64,000 nucleotides of DNA from an uncultured Nitrospirales bacterium. GTDB taxonomy: Bacteria > Nitrospirota > Nitrospiria > Nitrospirales > NS-4. Location of the stretch: assembly GCA_964384595.1 (NCBI GenBank), contig CAYLLY010000003.1:198-64197 (forward strand), read 5' to 3'. Below, one piece after another: positions 42,568 to 52,162 of the stretch; the stretch's first letter is position 1, and the number at the start of each line of letters is the position of its first letter. The position numbers were made by a program, and so were the translations under genes. The notes beneath the pieces are model-generated. The model ran no database searches. It saw nothing but the letters and a program-made list of their open reading frames with translations, and was not told the DNA's origin.

Positions 42568-44460
42568 ATGCGGATGTCGGAGGTCAAACAGTTCCTTGAC
42601 GTGCTGTCCGCGCCCGGCGCCGTCGTTTTTGATGGGAACCGGTCGAGCCTCCGTCTGCTGTCCGACCGGGCGACGGATCTGATCGGGACGGAGCGGACGG
42701 AGGATTCGGGGACGACGACGGTCTGGCACTTTCCTGACGCGTCCCCGGAGGCGGGGGCTTGTATCCGGGTGCTCCCGTCCGGTCACATGGTCGCATACGG
42801 GCGCCAGGGGCGCCGCATCCTGTGCGCCGATCCGGGCGGCACACCGCTCCATGAATGCGAATGGACCCGCGCGGGGTCCGGCGTGGCCAGGATGACGCGT
42901 GCGCGCATCCAACTGGACTGCGGGCAGTGGGTAGGAATCCGGCCGGAAGCGACGGAACAGGTCACCACGCTGCCGATCCCGCCGCATGGGGGGCCGTGCG
43001 TCCCGACGTTCGACGACCTGCGCCGGATGGCTGCGCAGTCGTGGAACGTGCCGCTGGACGACGTGCGTTACTTTTACCCCGACGGGAGCTTTGCGCGTGA
43101 TGCAAGTGGACACATCACCATCCGTCTGAAGAAAGACGGCCTCTATTTCCTGGAAGACGGGAGCTTCGCGCATCCGCGATTCGTCAGCTACATGGGCGCG
43201 ATTCCCTGGGCTCGGATTGATGTGCTCAACGTGGTGGAGCTGTACCAGTCCACGCTTGCCGGCACCGGCGGAGCGGCCTTTGACCTGATCTGGGGCCTTT
43301 GCGACGATCAGCTTCGGGAGGAAGGCGCGATCCCGTTGCGGTACCGGGGCCTGCCGACCTTCCCGTCCGACCAGGCCTACGGGCTGTTCTGCGCCTTTTT
43401 CCGGCCCGAGACCCCGGCCGGAGAGGATCCCTACAAGCTCTTCATGGACACCCGACGGAGCTATGAGATCGCGTGGCGGCTCCGCCCGGATCCTCCGTGG
43501 CGGTACTTCGACCAGCGGCGGCGGCTCTGCATTACGGCGCAGAACGGCGTGGTTCAGAAGGTCACGCCCATCCATGATGCCGCCGCGGTCCCCTACGTCA
43601 ATATCGGGATGCGCGGTTTTGCCTCCTGCGGCCGGACGGTGAGCGCCGCCGGGACCGTCTTGCAGTTGCGCGATGGCCATCGGGTGACCGACATCCCGCT
43701 CGACCCCGTCTGGAACGTCGCCCCTCCGAAGGAGCCCCCGGGGCCGCCGCCGAGCTATCCATTCGAATGGCGCTCCATGTTCGGCGGAGGGCTGCCGACG
43801 CTCGATCCGGCCAGGGTCTGGACCACGGCGCACTTTTTTCCCGCGGACGGCTCGCAGGTGGGCGAAGAGGCGACTCAGCTCTTCGTGTTGGAGCAGATCT
43901 TTAATTGCCTCAACACGATCCCGGACCTGCCGTCCAGGCTTAAGAAGACCCACCGGGTCCTTATCCACAATTTTGATCCGGTCTGCGCCGGTTTCGTTGA
44001 CCCGGACTATGCGCAGCGCCGCTACACGGTGCTCTACAACCGTCCTGAGTGGGCGATCAGGAATGCCCAGTCGGTCTGGGATCGCGCGGCACGGGAGGGT
44101 CGTCTTGAGGCAGTGCAAAAGGTGGACTTCCTGCCGGAGCGGGAGTTGCGGGCCTGGACCTACGGAGGCCGGTACGAGTTGATCTACGAGTGGATCCCGT
44201 TCGCGGACTACGGCGATCCACGGGAGTGCGAGGCGGTCGTCAAGGATGTCGCGCGCGCGCTCACACCGCGCGGCCTGGTGTTCGTCGTGGGGCCCCCGTG
44301 CGTCGCATCCATGATTCCCGCGCACGGGCTTCGTCTGCTGTGCAAGGAAGGGCCTGAGGATATGCGCGGGTTGCCCGTCATGATCGAGCATTTGCGGATT
44401 CATCCTGACACGCGGGTGAACCCCGACTTGACCGTTGTGATGGGCGAGAAAGGCGATTAG
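42568..44460 (+). CDS. Large hypothetical protein (630 aa), possible degenerate methyltransferase-like C-terminus
   Basis: Long high-GC3 ORF. RBS gggaggg. A second ATG at 42574 is an alternative start. C-terminal YELIYEWIPF...ARALTPRGLVFVVGPP loosely resembles the end of a class-I MTase fold. No firm motif. Confidence 0.65.
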   Translation: MRMSEVKQFLDVLSAPGAVVFDGNRSSLRLLSDRATDLIGTERTEDSGTTTVWHFPDASPEAGACIRVLPSGHMVAYGRQGRRILCADPGGTPLHECEWTRAGSGVARMTRARIQLDCGQWVGIRPEATEQVTTLPIPPHGGPCVPTFDDLRRMAAQSWNVPLDDVRYFYPDGSFARDASGHITIRLKKDGLYFLEDGSFAHPRFVSYMGAIPWARIDVLNVVELYQSTLAGTGGAAFDLIWGLCDDQLREEGAIPLRYRGLPTFPSDQAYGLFCAFFRPETPAGEDPYKLFMDTRRSYEIAWRLRPDPPWRYFDQRRRLCITAQNGVVQKVTPIHDAAAVPYVNIGMRGFASCGRTVSAAGTVLQLRDGHRVTDIPLDPVWNVAPPKEPPGPPPSYPFEWRSMFGGGLPTLDPARVWTTAHFFPADGSQVGEEATQLFVLEQIFNCLNTIPDLPSRLKKTHRVLIHNFDPVCAGFVDPDYAQRRYTVLYNRPEWAIRNAQSVWDRAAREGRLEAVQKVDFLPERELRAWTYGGRYELIYEWIPFADYGDPRECEAVVKDVARALTPRGLVFVVGPPCVASMIPAHGLRLLCKEGPEDMRGLPVMIEHLRIHPDTRVNPDLTVVMGEKGD

Positions 44461-44489
44461 ACCGGTCGAACACGTGCAGAGGGGGCGTT

Positions 44490-44813
44490 GTGCTGTCCGG
44501 AGCCGCATGGCGTGTCGTGGCTGTTCTGTTGAGCGCGGTCGGTTTGGCGGGCGCGGAGGTCCGCTCGCCCGTCGATGGCGGGTATTCCCCGACGCCGGCG
44601 CTTCCGGAAGGCAGGGGAGTCGAGAAGGTGAGTCAGCGCTGCGGGACCTGTCATGGGATTGAGATCGTGGCCCAGCAGCGGTTGGGTCGGACCGAATGGA
44701 GCCGTGTGGTGGACCAGATGATCGAGTTCGGAGCGGCGTTGACGCCTGACGACCGGCGCGACATCGTGGACTATCTGTCGTCGTATCTCGGCCCGGATAA
44801 ACGCGGCGGCTGA
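44490..44813 (+). CDS. Small periplasmic mono-haem cytochrome c
   Basis: GTG start. Signal VVAVLLSAVGLAGAEV. CGTCHGIE. ...RTEWSRVVDQMIEFGAALTPDDRRDIVDYLSSYLG. Confidence 0.78.
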   Translation: MLSGAAWRVVAVLLSAVGLAGAEVRSPVDGGYSPTPALPEGRGVEKVSQRCGTCHGIEIVAQQRLGRTEWSRVVDQMIEFGAALTPDDRRDIVDYLSSYLGPDKRGG

Positions 44814-44826
44814 GCGAGAGGATACC

Positions 44827-46461
44827 GTGGCGAACGGCTGGAACAGTCTTCCCGGCGACCGGTATGTCGGGCTGGCGCCGTGGGCGTGGGTGGAGTTCGA
44901 GTGCGCGGACCCGCCGGGCCCTTTTCCTTTCCTCGGCGGCGTCGATCCGCAGGTCGTGGCAGGCCTCCATGAGGTGCACCGGCATCTGTCGGGCGCGATC
45001 GACATCGCGATCAGCGATGTGTTCGCCGGCCGCGCCTCCATCCACGATCCGGCGTTCCGGAAGCGCTTGGAGAACGCGTATGCCGAGGTGGTCAACTCGC
45101 GGCCCCGCCTGCGCGAGCGCATCCGATGCGGGCGGCTGCCGGACGGAACGTTCCAATGGGAGTTCCCTCTCGATCCGGACAAATCCGCCGTACTCCGGTA
45201 CTTGGGACTGCGGGTGTGCAACACCGTGGCGCGGCAGGCCATCCCGCTCGGCATGGAACCGCAGATGGCCCCGGCGGTGGGTCGTTTCCTCGGTTGTCTG
45301 GATGGGACGCAGCGTGTCGTGGATATTCGGGAGGAGGTCCGGAGAATGGGGGCGGCCTTCAGTTACACCTTCGCCAAATACCTGTGCGAATTGCTGGATC
45401 TGCTCTGCGAGCACGACTGTCTGGCCGTGACCGATCGCTCGGCCGTTCGCGAGCATTGGCTCGGCGCGACCCGCGATCGCGACGTGGTGCATCTCGGGCA
45501 CGCCGCCCTGATGTATCGGCGGGGCACGGACTTCCTGTTCTTCGATCCCTGGCTGATCCCCTGGTTCGCCGAGGCGCCGGTGCCCTCACTCTGGACCTCG
45601 CTGCTCCCGAAACCGGCCGCGATCTTTCTCACCCACGACCATGACGACCATGTGGACCCCCGGACGCTGTTGGCATTTCCGAAGGAGACCCCGGTGATCG
45701 TCCCCAGCCGAGCCAACCGGCGGGCGCTGTATTACGATTACAAGGCGCTGCTGGGCGGGCTGGGATTCACACGGGTGATTGAGTTGGCCCACGGCGAGAG
45801 CTGGACGTTCGACGGCGGCGGTGTGGTCTCGGTGCCGTTCTACGGCGAATGCTCGTGCGAGCTGGGCCTGCCCCGCAACTGCTATCTGATCGCGGACCGC
45901 GGCCGGAACATCTTCATCCCGGTGGACAGCGGCCCGACCAACAACGGGGATAACGCGGTTAAGGACGGCGTGATCGACGAACTGGTCCGGAATTACGGAC
46001 CCATTGACACGGTGTTTGCCCAGCCGGGTCAGCTCCTGGAGCTGCGCACGTTCGCGGCCTACGCGTGCCTCTCGCACCCCGGACGGTGGCTGGAGGTCGG
46101 TGAGAACTGCTGCGTGACGAGCGATTACCTGGCCCGGCTCGCGGCGGCGGCCAAGGCACGCCTGTTCGTCGCGTACGCGAACGGCGGAGCGGACTGGTTG
46201 CCGGACCATCCGGTCTTTACGTTCAGCGGTCGGAACCAGGCGCTCCGCGAGATGATCACCGCGCACTGGTGGCCGCTGGAGGAACTGCGGGAGAAGCTGG
46301 CGGCCATGGGGTGCCGGAGCCACAGCAGCCGGGCCATGGACATCTTTCGCGAGAGCGCCGGCGGCGGCACGGAACCGATGCCGGCCGCAGCGCCGACACC
46401 GCTCACGCTCTACCGGCTGGATCACGGCGAGCCGCCCTTTATGCAGAAGCAAGGCGCGTGA
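44827..46461 (+). CDS. Two-domain protein: unknown N-terminal domain plus metallo-beta-lactamase-fold hydrolase domain
   Basis: AAIFLTHDHDDHVD (HxHxDH) in the C-terminal half. GTG start 13 nt after the cytochrome stop. Confidence 0.72.
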   Translation: MANGWNSLPGDRYVGLAPWAWVEFECADPPGPFPFLGGVDPQVVAGLHEVHRHLSGAIDIAISDVFAGRASIHDPAFRKRLENAYAEVVNSRPRLRERIRCGRLPDGTFQWEFPLDPDKSAVLRYLGLRVCNTVARQAIPLGMEPQMAPAVGRFLGCLDGTQRVVDIREEVRRMGAAFSYTFAKYLCELLDLLCEHDCLAVTDRSAVREHWLGATRDRDVVHLGHAALMYRRGTDFLFFDPWLIPWFAEAPVPSLWTSLLPKPAAIFLTHDHDDHVDPRTLLAFPKETPVIVPSRANRRALYYDYKALLGGLGFTRVIELAHGESWTFDGGGVVSVPFYGECSCELGLPRNCYLIADRGRNIFIPVDSGPTNNGDNAVKDGVIDELVRNYGPIDTVFAQPGQLLELRTFAAYACLSHPGRWLEVGENCCVTSDYLARLAAAAKARLFVAYANGGADWLPDHPVFTFSGRNQALREMITAHWWPLEELREKLAAMGCRSHSSRAMDIFRESAGGGTEPMPAAAPTPLTLYRLDHGEPPFMQKQGA

Positions 46462-46499
46462 CGCACGACTGTGGATAGGAATACAGGGAGGAGCAGACG

Positions 46500-47198
46500 A
46501 TGGTGAGAAGGCCCACTGTGTGCCTGTTGGTCTTGTTGGGGGCGGCGTTCGTATGGACTCTCGCGACGGCTCAAGCCGGTGCGGCGTCCGGAGGCCCTCT
46601 CGCCGAGCAACTCTATGAGGGTTCGGCCGAGCAGAAAGCCTACTCGGAGTTCAACCACCGCCTCAGTGGAGCGGTGCTGTTGATGATCGGCGGATTATTC
46701 GTGCTGAAAGAACGGGGGTCCGTGACGCGTCGGTGGCTGGCGCTGTGGCCGTTCGGCCTACTGTATCTGGCCGGCTATCTGGTGGTCTGGAGCGATCATG
46801 ATGCGTGGCCGGTCGGATCGCAGAGTTTTGCCCAAACTTTCTTCAGCGGCGATCTCGAAACCGTACAGCACAAGCTCTATGCCGTGGTGCTCTTCGCGTT
46901 GGGCGCTCTGGAGTGGGCGCGTCTGGAGGGTCGGGCGCCACAGTGGGGCGACCTCCTGTTTTTCGGGATCGTCGCGTTTGCCGGCCTGTTGATGTTGCAC
47001 CATAGCCATCTTATGGCGCACAATCATCACTCCCCGGCGCTGCTGTCCGACCATGTGCTGCTGGGGGCCTTGACGATCGGGTCGGCCGGCGTCAAGTTGG
47101 CGTGGGAGCGGCGTTGGATGACATGGCGCCACGGCGGTCTGCTGTGGCCGGGAAGCGTCTTGCTGATAGGAGCGCTGCTTGTCTTCTATACGGAATGA
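46500..47198 (+). CDS. Integral membrane protein with His-rich helix (function unknown)
   Basis: Signal peptide plus about 5 further hydrophobic helices. MLHHSHLMAHNHHSP, WSDHDAW, NHRLSG. Confidence 0.68.
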   Translation: MVRRPTVCLLVLLGAAFVWTLATAQAGAASGGPLAEQLYEGSAEQKAYSEFNHRLSGAVLLMIGGLFVLKERGSVTRRWLALWPFGLLYLAGYLVVWSDHDAWPVGSQSFAQTFFSGDLETVQHKLYAVVLFALGALEWARLEGRAPQWGDLLFFGIVAFAGLLMLHHSHLMAHNHHSPALLSDHVLLGALTIGSAGVKLAWERRWMTWRHGGLLWPGSVLLIGALLVFYTE

Positions 47199-47216
47199 TC
47201 CAGGAGCGGCTGAGGC

Positions 47217-47879
47217 ATGAAGGACCTGGTGACCTCACTGACGGCAGCCGCCGATGGCGCCATGATTGTGGATCGGGACGGGGCGGTCGTGTTCTGGAAT
47301 CGCGCCGCCGAACGTCTGCTGGGCTACCGGGCTGAAGAAGTGAAGGGGCGTAAGTGTCACGAAATCTTTCGCGGAGAGACGCTGGGGGGGCATGCGCTGT
47401 GCTCGCCCTCCTGCCCGATTGCCAGCCGAATCGCGTGTGGGCGCGGCGTGCGCAATTTCGACATGCTGACCACGACAAAGGCCGGCCGGGCGATCTGGTT
47501 GAACGTGAGCTCGTTCCCGGTCTCCTTCGGGAAGAAACGAGACTTTGTGGCGGCGCACCTCTTCCGGGACATCACCAAGCAGTTCAAGGTCCGTCGGATG
47601 GTGGAGGACTTGCACGCCGAGCTGTGTGGTGGTGCCGTCAAGTCCGATGATCCGCCCAGAGGTCACGATCCGCCGGAGACGCCGGCCACACTCCCGCTGA
47701 CCGAGCGGGAGCGCGAGATTCTCTCGTGGACTGCAGCCGGCAGGAGCAACAAGGAGATCGCAGAGCGGTTGTCCGTCTCCGTGGACACGGTGAAATCCCA
47801 CCTGCATCACATCTATCGCAAGCTCGGCGTCAGCGGTCGGGTCGAGGCGATCCTCCTCTTCTATGTGAGCGCAAAATAA
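47217..47879 (+). CDS. PAS-domain / LuxR-type HTH transcriptional regulator
   Basis: PAS core MIVDRDGAVVFWNRAAERLLGY. Cys cluster CSPSCPIASRIAC. LuxR HTH LTEREREILSWTAAGRSNKEIAERLSVSVDTVKSHLHHIYRKLGV. Confidence 0.87.
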   Translation: MKDLVTSLTAAADGAMIVDRDGAVVFWNRAAERLLGYRAEEVKGRKCHEIFRGETLGGHALCSPSCPIASRIACGRGVRNFDMLTTTKAGRAIWLNVSSFPVSFGKKRDFVAAHLFRDITKQFKVRRMVEDLHAELCGGAVKSDDPPRGHDPPETPATLPLTEREREILSWTAAGRSNKEIAERLSVSVDTVKSHLHHIYRKLGVSGRVEAILLFYVSAK

Positions 47880-48031
47880 GCAAAAACGCTGGTTGCTGCC
47901 TCCGAGCCTCACCCCAAAGGCGGAGGCGAAAAATCCACCATTCGAGTAGTTGTTTGGCTCTGTGCTGTGGCACATCCTGGTGTCATGCGCACGACGGAGG
48001 CAGTGCGCTTCTCACGAGAGGAGGATGAGCG

Positions 48032-48466
48032 ATGAAACAGAGAGTGAACCATAGGTTTCTGCCGGCATTCTTTGCGGGAGGATTGACGTTGATCCTGATG
48101 TTGCCCACCGTGGCGGTCAGCGCTCAGCTTTCCAATCCGGAAGGATGGATTGATAAGCTGACCGCCTTCGTGCTGTTCCAGAAGGCGAATGAAAAGGAAG
48201 GGGCCTTTGATCCCTATCTCGAGCAGATCAAGGCGATGCAGACAGCCTTGAGAGAGGAATGGACACAGGGTGAGCTGCAGCGTACATACGCGGCGATGAA
48301 TCGCCTGATGGACATGCTGCTGGCTCGCGAGGGCGGCATTCGACCGGAGGCAGCCAAAGCGATCTGGGAATTCTGCTACCAGGTGACGCCGGTCGCATTG
48401 CATGATGGCCATCGGTATCCCAGGACGCTGGACATAGGAGATCTGGCAAACCCGAAGCGGATGTAG
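48032..48466 (+). CDS. Secreted hypothetical protein
   Basis: Signal FFAGGLTLILMLPTVAVSAQ. Helical-looking 144-aa ORF. RBS gaggaggatgagcgATG. Confidence 0.6.
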   Translation: MKQRVNHRFLPAFFAGGLTLILMLPTVAVSAQLSNPEGWIDKLTAFVLFQKANEKEGAFDPYLEQIKAMQTALREEWTQGELQRTYAAMNRLMDMLLAREGGIRPEAAKAIWEFCYQVTPVALHDGHRYPRTLDIGDLANPKRM

Positions 48467-48569
48467 CCGGGATCACCGTTGCGCTTGCTTGCCCTGTCCC
48501 GTGGTGGCACGAAGTATGCTTGTGTAGTATGAGAACATCGGAGGCCGCCTATGACGGGGAGGACACACG

Positions 48570-49160
48570 ATGTCACGATGTAAAGGCGCGGTCGTCGTTC
48601 TCGGAGTGCTGCTGGCGACGCCGGTTTCAGCCTTTGAATTTTCCGCCGAGCGGATGGTGAAGCAAGGAGGCAAGCTGACGGCGTCGAGCGTGAAGGCCGA
48701 TGGACAACGCTGGCGGTTCGAATACAGGGAGCCTCAGGCCGGTGCGCAAGTGTGCATCGTCCGTCAGGATCGTCGTTTCGCGTGGCTGATTCTCTCGTCG
48801 CTGTGGGCCTTCGTTGAAATCCCGATTGCGGGAGACCACATGCTTCTCGTGGACGAAAGGATGGGCGGGGAGGTCGCGCGGGAACAGTTCGGAACCGAGG
48901 TGGTCAACGGCTATCGGACGGAGGTGTTCCAGGTTACCGTGGACAGAGAGGGCGAGCGGCTCCTGTTCTATCAGTGGGTGACCGTTGCGGAACGGTTTGC
49001 GATCAGAACCGTGAGCAAGAACGGAGACTGGCTGCTCGAGTACTCGAAGGTCAAGTTCGCGCCTCAGTATTGGCGGTACTTCGAGCCGCCCCGAGGGTAT
49101 GCCCCCAAAGCCTTCAACCCGCATTCCTCAGGGTACGGTCCGGAACGCAAGCGCAGTTGA
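48570..49160 (+). CDS. Secreted LolA-like/DUF4412-like protein (paralog of 6194-6799)
   Basis: Signal VVVLGVLLATPVSAFEF. Shared blocks with 6194-6799: QRWRFEYRE, LFYQWVTV, RTVSKNGDWLLEYSKVKF, YFEPPRGYA. Confidence 0.7.
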   Translation: MSRCKGAVVVLGVLLATPVSAFEFSAERMVKQGGKLTASSVKADGQRWRFEYREPQAGAQVCIVRQDRRFAWLILSSLWAFVEIPIAGDHMLLVDERMGGEVAREQFGTEVVNGYRTEVFQVTVDREGERLLFYQWVTVAERFAIRTVSKNGDWLLEYSKVKFAPQYWRYFEPPRGYAPKAFNPHSSGYGPERKRS

Positions 49161-49327
49161 CCGTTCCGCCGTCTCGGCGCCGGTGGACGGCGAGCCCAGA
49201 GGCCCGCGTCGTTCCGGTTGAGGCATGCGTGTCCCAACCTGGACCCTGAAGTCCCATCCCGAAAATGGCTTTCTTTTCTTTTGAGACAGTTGGAAGGGCT
49301 TTTCCCTCCAGTTTACCTTCCAACGGC

Positions 49328-49342
49328 GGGCACGGCCTTTGC
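49328..49342 (+). promoter_or_regulatory. Weaker sigma-54 promoter candidate
   Basis: GGGCAC-GGCCT-TTGCG with exact GG-N10-GC spacing, about 115 nt upstream of ATG49458. Confidence 0.35.
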
Positions 49343-49457
49343 GTGAACAATTTGGTCGGAAGCAGGGGACGAGTATGCTCGCCATCCGACGTGATGGCGT
49401 TCGTGCTGGAGTGATCGAGAACCCGGATGTCACCGAATAAAAAAGGAGGTTGTGCCG

Positions 49458-49853
49458 ATGAGCATAATAAGGGTGCCGGTTATCGCGATGGCGCTGTTTT
49501 TCGGACTCTGTGGAGTGAGCTTTGGAGCCGACGATCCGAGCATCAAGGGGAAAACGCGGGAAGGGATTCAGTCGGCCATGAAACGCCACATTGACGGGAA
49601 CATCGTAGACGGCAAGTACGTGATTTACGATGCCGTTGACGGCAAACTGAGGAAGTTGAAGTTCGACAAGGTGCACGAGGGTATTGTGAAGAAAGCCGAT
49701 TTCTACATCAGTTGCGCCGACTTTGTTGATGGCGGCGGGAACAAGTACGACCTCGACCTGTTGGTGGTCGAACGGAACGGTGATTTTCGCGTGCTTGAAA
49801 CGGTGGTGCACTCAATCAACGGCGAGAAGCGCAAATACCATCTCGAGGACTAG
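49458..49853 (+). CDS. Small secreted hypothetical protein
   Basis: ATG49458, 9 nt after aaaaggagg. Signal IIRVPVIAMALFFGLCGVSFGA. Confidence 0.6.
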   Translation: MSIIRVPVIAMALFFGLCGVSFGADDPSIKGKTREGIQSAMKRHIDGNIVDGKYVIYDAVDGKLRKLKFDKVHEGIVKKADFYISCADFVDGGGNKYDLDLLVVERNGDFRVLETVVHSINGEKRKYHLED

Positions 49854-49928
49854 TCAGAGCGGGGAGCGCAAGCGACGTCGGTTGCATGGCTGGCCGAGCA
49901 GGGAATTCATGCGCTTGTCGGTGGTGAC

Positions 49929-51191
49929 ATGACCGCTCAAGAGGCCCGCGCCTACCTGCATCATCTGATGACGCTGTACCTCCGCAAGGAGGAGGCCTTC
50001 GCGCCCCTGGCGCTGAAGTTCGTGAAGGAGCACGACCTGGCTCGCCTCGACCTGCAACCGGAAGAGCAGGTGAACCTGCTGCTCGCCATGGCTGAAGCCT
50101 ACGGGGATGAGCCGAAGCGGTACCCCCAAAAGCTCGAATGCCTGCAGAAGGCGGTGACCCTCATGTCGAACGGACGATGGCCGGAGCCCGGGATCGCCGG
50201 GGAGATCCGGCATGAGATCGCGAAACTGGAAACCGAGCGGGAGATTTACAATGACGCGTGCCGGGCTCAGCGCGACTTTACGGGCGGAAAGCAGCGGCTC
50301 GTCATCGAGACGGATCTGCCGGACTACTTCCTCACAATCGCCCAGAAGCGGGCCGCGAGTTACTATCAGCGGAAGTTCAAGCTTACCGAGGACACCGAGC
50401 GGGCACAGCAGTTCACTCAGCCGTCCGCGCACCGGAAATTCGAGCCCGAGAATCCGACGGTGCACAAGGGGTTCCCGGGCTCATGCCCGCCGTTCAAGAA
50501 CGCCAGGGCCGGCGCATTCCACGTGATGCTGCCGTTCGATCTGAAAATCAGCCGGAAGCCGGATGATCCGTTGTCGGCGGGCGCCAGGATCTGGTACATG
50601 AAGCACGGGTATTCGTTCCCGCTGCGCGCCGAATGGGGCAAGCTCTGCAGTTGGTACGATAACCAGGCGCTTGACCTGGCAACGGACGATCCGCATCTCG
50701 TGTACATCTCGGTCTCCGAGATTAAGGAAAAAGAACTCGGCAGGGTCGAAAGAGACGTTCCTCCCGATGCCACGCCGGAAACGGGACTGCCGCTGACCTT
50801 CCTGTACGCGACGGCCGCAGTCGGCACGTTCATCCAGATCCCCTGCAACATCAAAGTGTGGTTTGACGCGAGCCAGGTTGCGCTGCTGCTGCAAGGCGCT
50901 CCCGATCTGCCCGATTACGGCCTTCACGGAGCGTCGGGTCTCATCACCCGCACGTACGGCATGGAGAAGGTGGGTGCCTACGTCGAATCGTTCAGCAAGC
51001 CGTGGCAGGAGGGGTTGAGCTTCAATTTCATCAACATCCACGTGCAGTTGCTGCCGGGCGTCGAGACGGCGTTCGTGCCGTACAACACACCGATCTTCTC
51101 CGTATTCCCCGTGCTCAGCCGCCAGAGCTACGAGATTGTTGATCGGCAGAATGTCGACGCGGCCTCGCGGGCCGCGTCGCCGTCGCGCTGA
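49929..51191 (+). CDS. Hypothetical protein (420 aa)
   Basis: Long ORF with coding-type GC3. No signal peptide and no motif recognised. Confidence 0.62.
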   Translation: MTAQEARAYLHHLMTLYLRKEEAFAPLALKFVKEHDLARLDLQPEEQVNLLLAMAEAYGDEPKRYPQKLECLQKAVTLMSNGRWPEPGIAGEIRHEIAKLETEREIYNDACRAQRDFTGGKQRLVIETDLPDYFLTIAQKRAASYYQRKFKLTEDTERAQQFTQPSAHRKFEPENPTVHKGFPGSCPPFKNARAGAFHVMLPFDLKISRKPDDPLSAGARIWYMKHGYSFPLRAEWGKLCSWYDNQALDLATDDPHLVYISVSEIKEKELGRVERDVPPDATPETGLPLTFLYATAAVGTFIQIPCNIKVWFDASQVALLLQGAPDLPDYGLHGASGLITRTYGMEKVGAYVESFSKPWQEGLSFNFINIHVQLLPGVETAFVPYNTPIFSVFPVLSRQSYEIVDRQNVDAASRAASPSR

Positions 51192-51202
51192 TAGTCTCGC
51201 CT

Positions 51203-52060
51203 GTGAACACCACCGATGCCTCACACGTCGGCGATCGGCTGGAGTTCCTTTCGCAAACCGCGAACACGGCCGTCCTCATCGTCGGTCTGCTGGTGCTGGC
51301 CGGCTGGATCTTCGACATTCCCGCGTTGCAGGCGGTGGTTCCCGGTCTGGCCACGATGAAACCCAACACGGCGGTGGCGTTCTTCCTCTCCGGCATGGCG
51401 CTGTGGCTGTTCCAGGACGAGCAGATCAGGCGATGGAAGCGCCGCATGGCGTTGGGATGCGCGCTCTCCGTCGCCCTGATCGGCTTTCTCACACTCATGG
51501 AGTATCTCTGGAGGTGGGATTCCGGGATTGACCAGCTCCTGTTCAGGGATGTTTCCCGGGACGCGGATGCCGCCGCTCCAGGGCGGATGTCTTTCACGAC
51601 CGCTCTGAGTTTTTACATGGTCGGTTTGGCCTTGATGCTTGTGAAGGCGGGCAACGGCCGGAACCGTTTGTTTGTGCAGTTCCTCATACTGGCAACCTTC
51701 GCGGTCTCTCTACTGGCTCTGGTCGGCTATGCTTACGGCGTCGAGTCTTTGTACCGGGTCGCGCCGTACGGGTCCATGGCGTTGCATACGGTGGTCACGT
51801 TTCTCGTGCTTTGCCTCGGCATTCTCTGTGCCTGCCCCCGTTGCTGGCTCACGGCTACACTTTTCCGGTCGGATGCCGGAGGTGTGAGGGCGTGGCTATG
51901 GATGGTGACTTCGATCGGGATTCCATTCTTGATCGGGTGGTTGGGCTTGGCGGGTCTGAGGGCGGGTTTCTACGATTCGGTGTTCGGGGTAGCCCTTGTG
52001 ACCGTCGGAACTATGGTCGCTCTCGCCGTCACGCTGTTATGGTCGAACAGCTCCCGATAG
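51203..52060 (+). CDS. Polytopic integral membrane protein (function unknown)
   Basis: GTG start 11 nt after the previous stop. About 8 hydrophobic helices by eye. Confidence 0.62.
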   Translation: MNTTDASHVGDRLEFLSQTANTAVLIVGLLVLAGWIFDIPALQAVVPGLATMKPNTAVAFFLSGMALWLFQDEQIRRWKRRMALGCALSVALIGFLTLMEYLWRWDSGIDQLLFRDVSRDADAAAPGRMSFTTALSFYMVGLALMLVKAGNGRNRLFVQFLILATFAVSLLALVGYAYGVESLYRVAPYGSMALHTVVTFLVLCLGILCACPRCWLTATLFRSDAGGVRAWLWMVTSIGIPFLIGWLGLAGLRAGFYDSVFGVALVTVGTMVALAVTLLWSNSSR

Positions 52061-52162
52061 GTATGGTTTTTGCTTAGATTTTATTGCAGCTGAGGCGACG
52101 AAGGCTGAGCACTGCCTACGCAAGCCAGGGAAAAGAGCCAGCAAGCAGGAAGGAGGATCCTT

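Noticed and set aside
42303-42599. 66-aa (-) and 75-aa (+) ORFs containing HSRESGNPG / WIPAFAGMT
   Set aside because: These are translations of the palindromic REP-like element (42360-42421), a known source of false hypothetical proteins.
42436-45501. 1021-aa minus-strand ORF spanning three + strand genes
   Set aside because: It crosses gene boundaries of better-supported + strand genes (cytochrome CxxCH, MBL motif). It is Arg/Pro/His-rich with low complexity and starts inside the REP-like repeat. Shadow ORF.
47968-47982. Perfect TGGCAC -24 box upstream of 48032
   Set aside because: The position 10 nt after GG reads TG, not GC. There is no -12 element.
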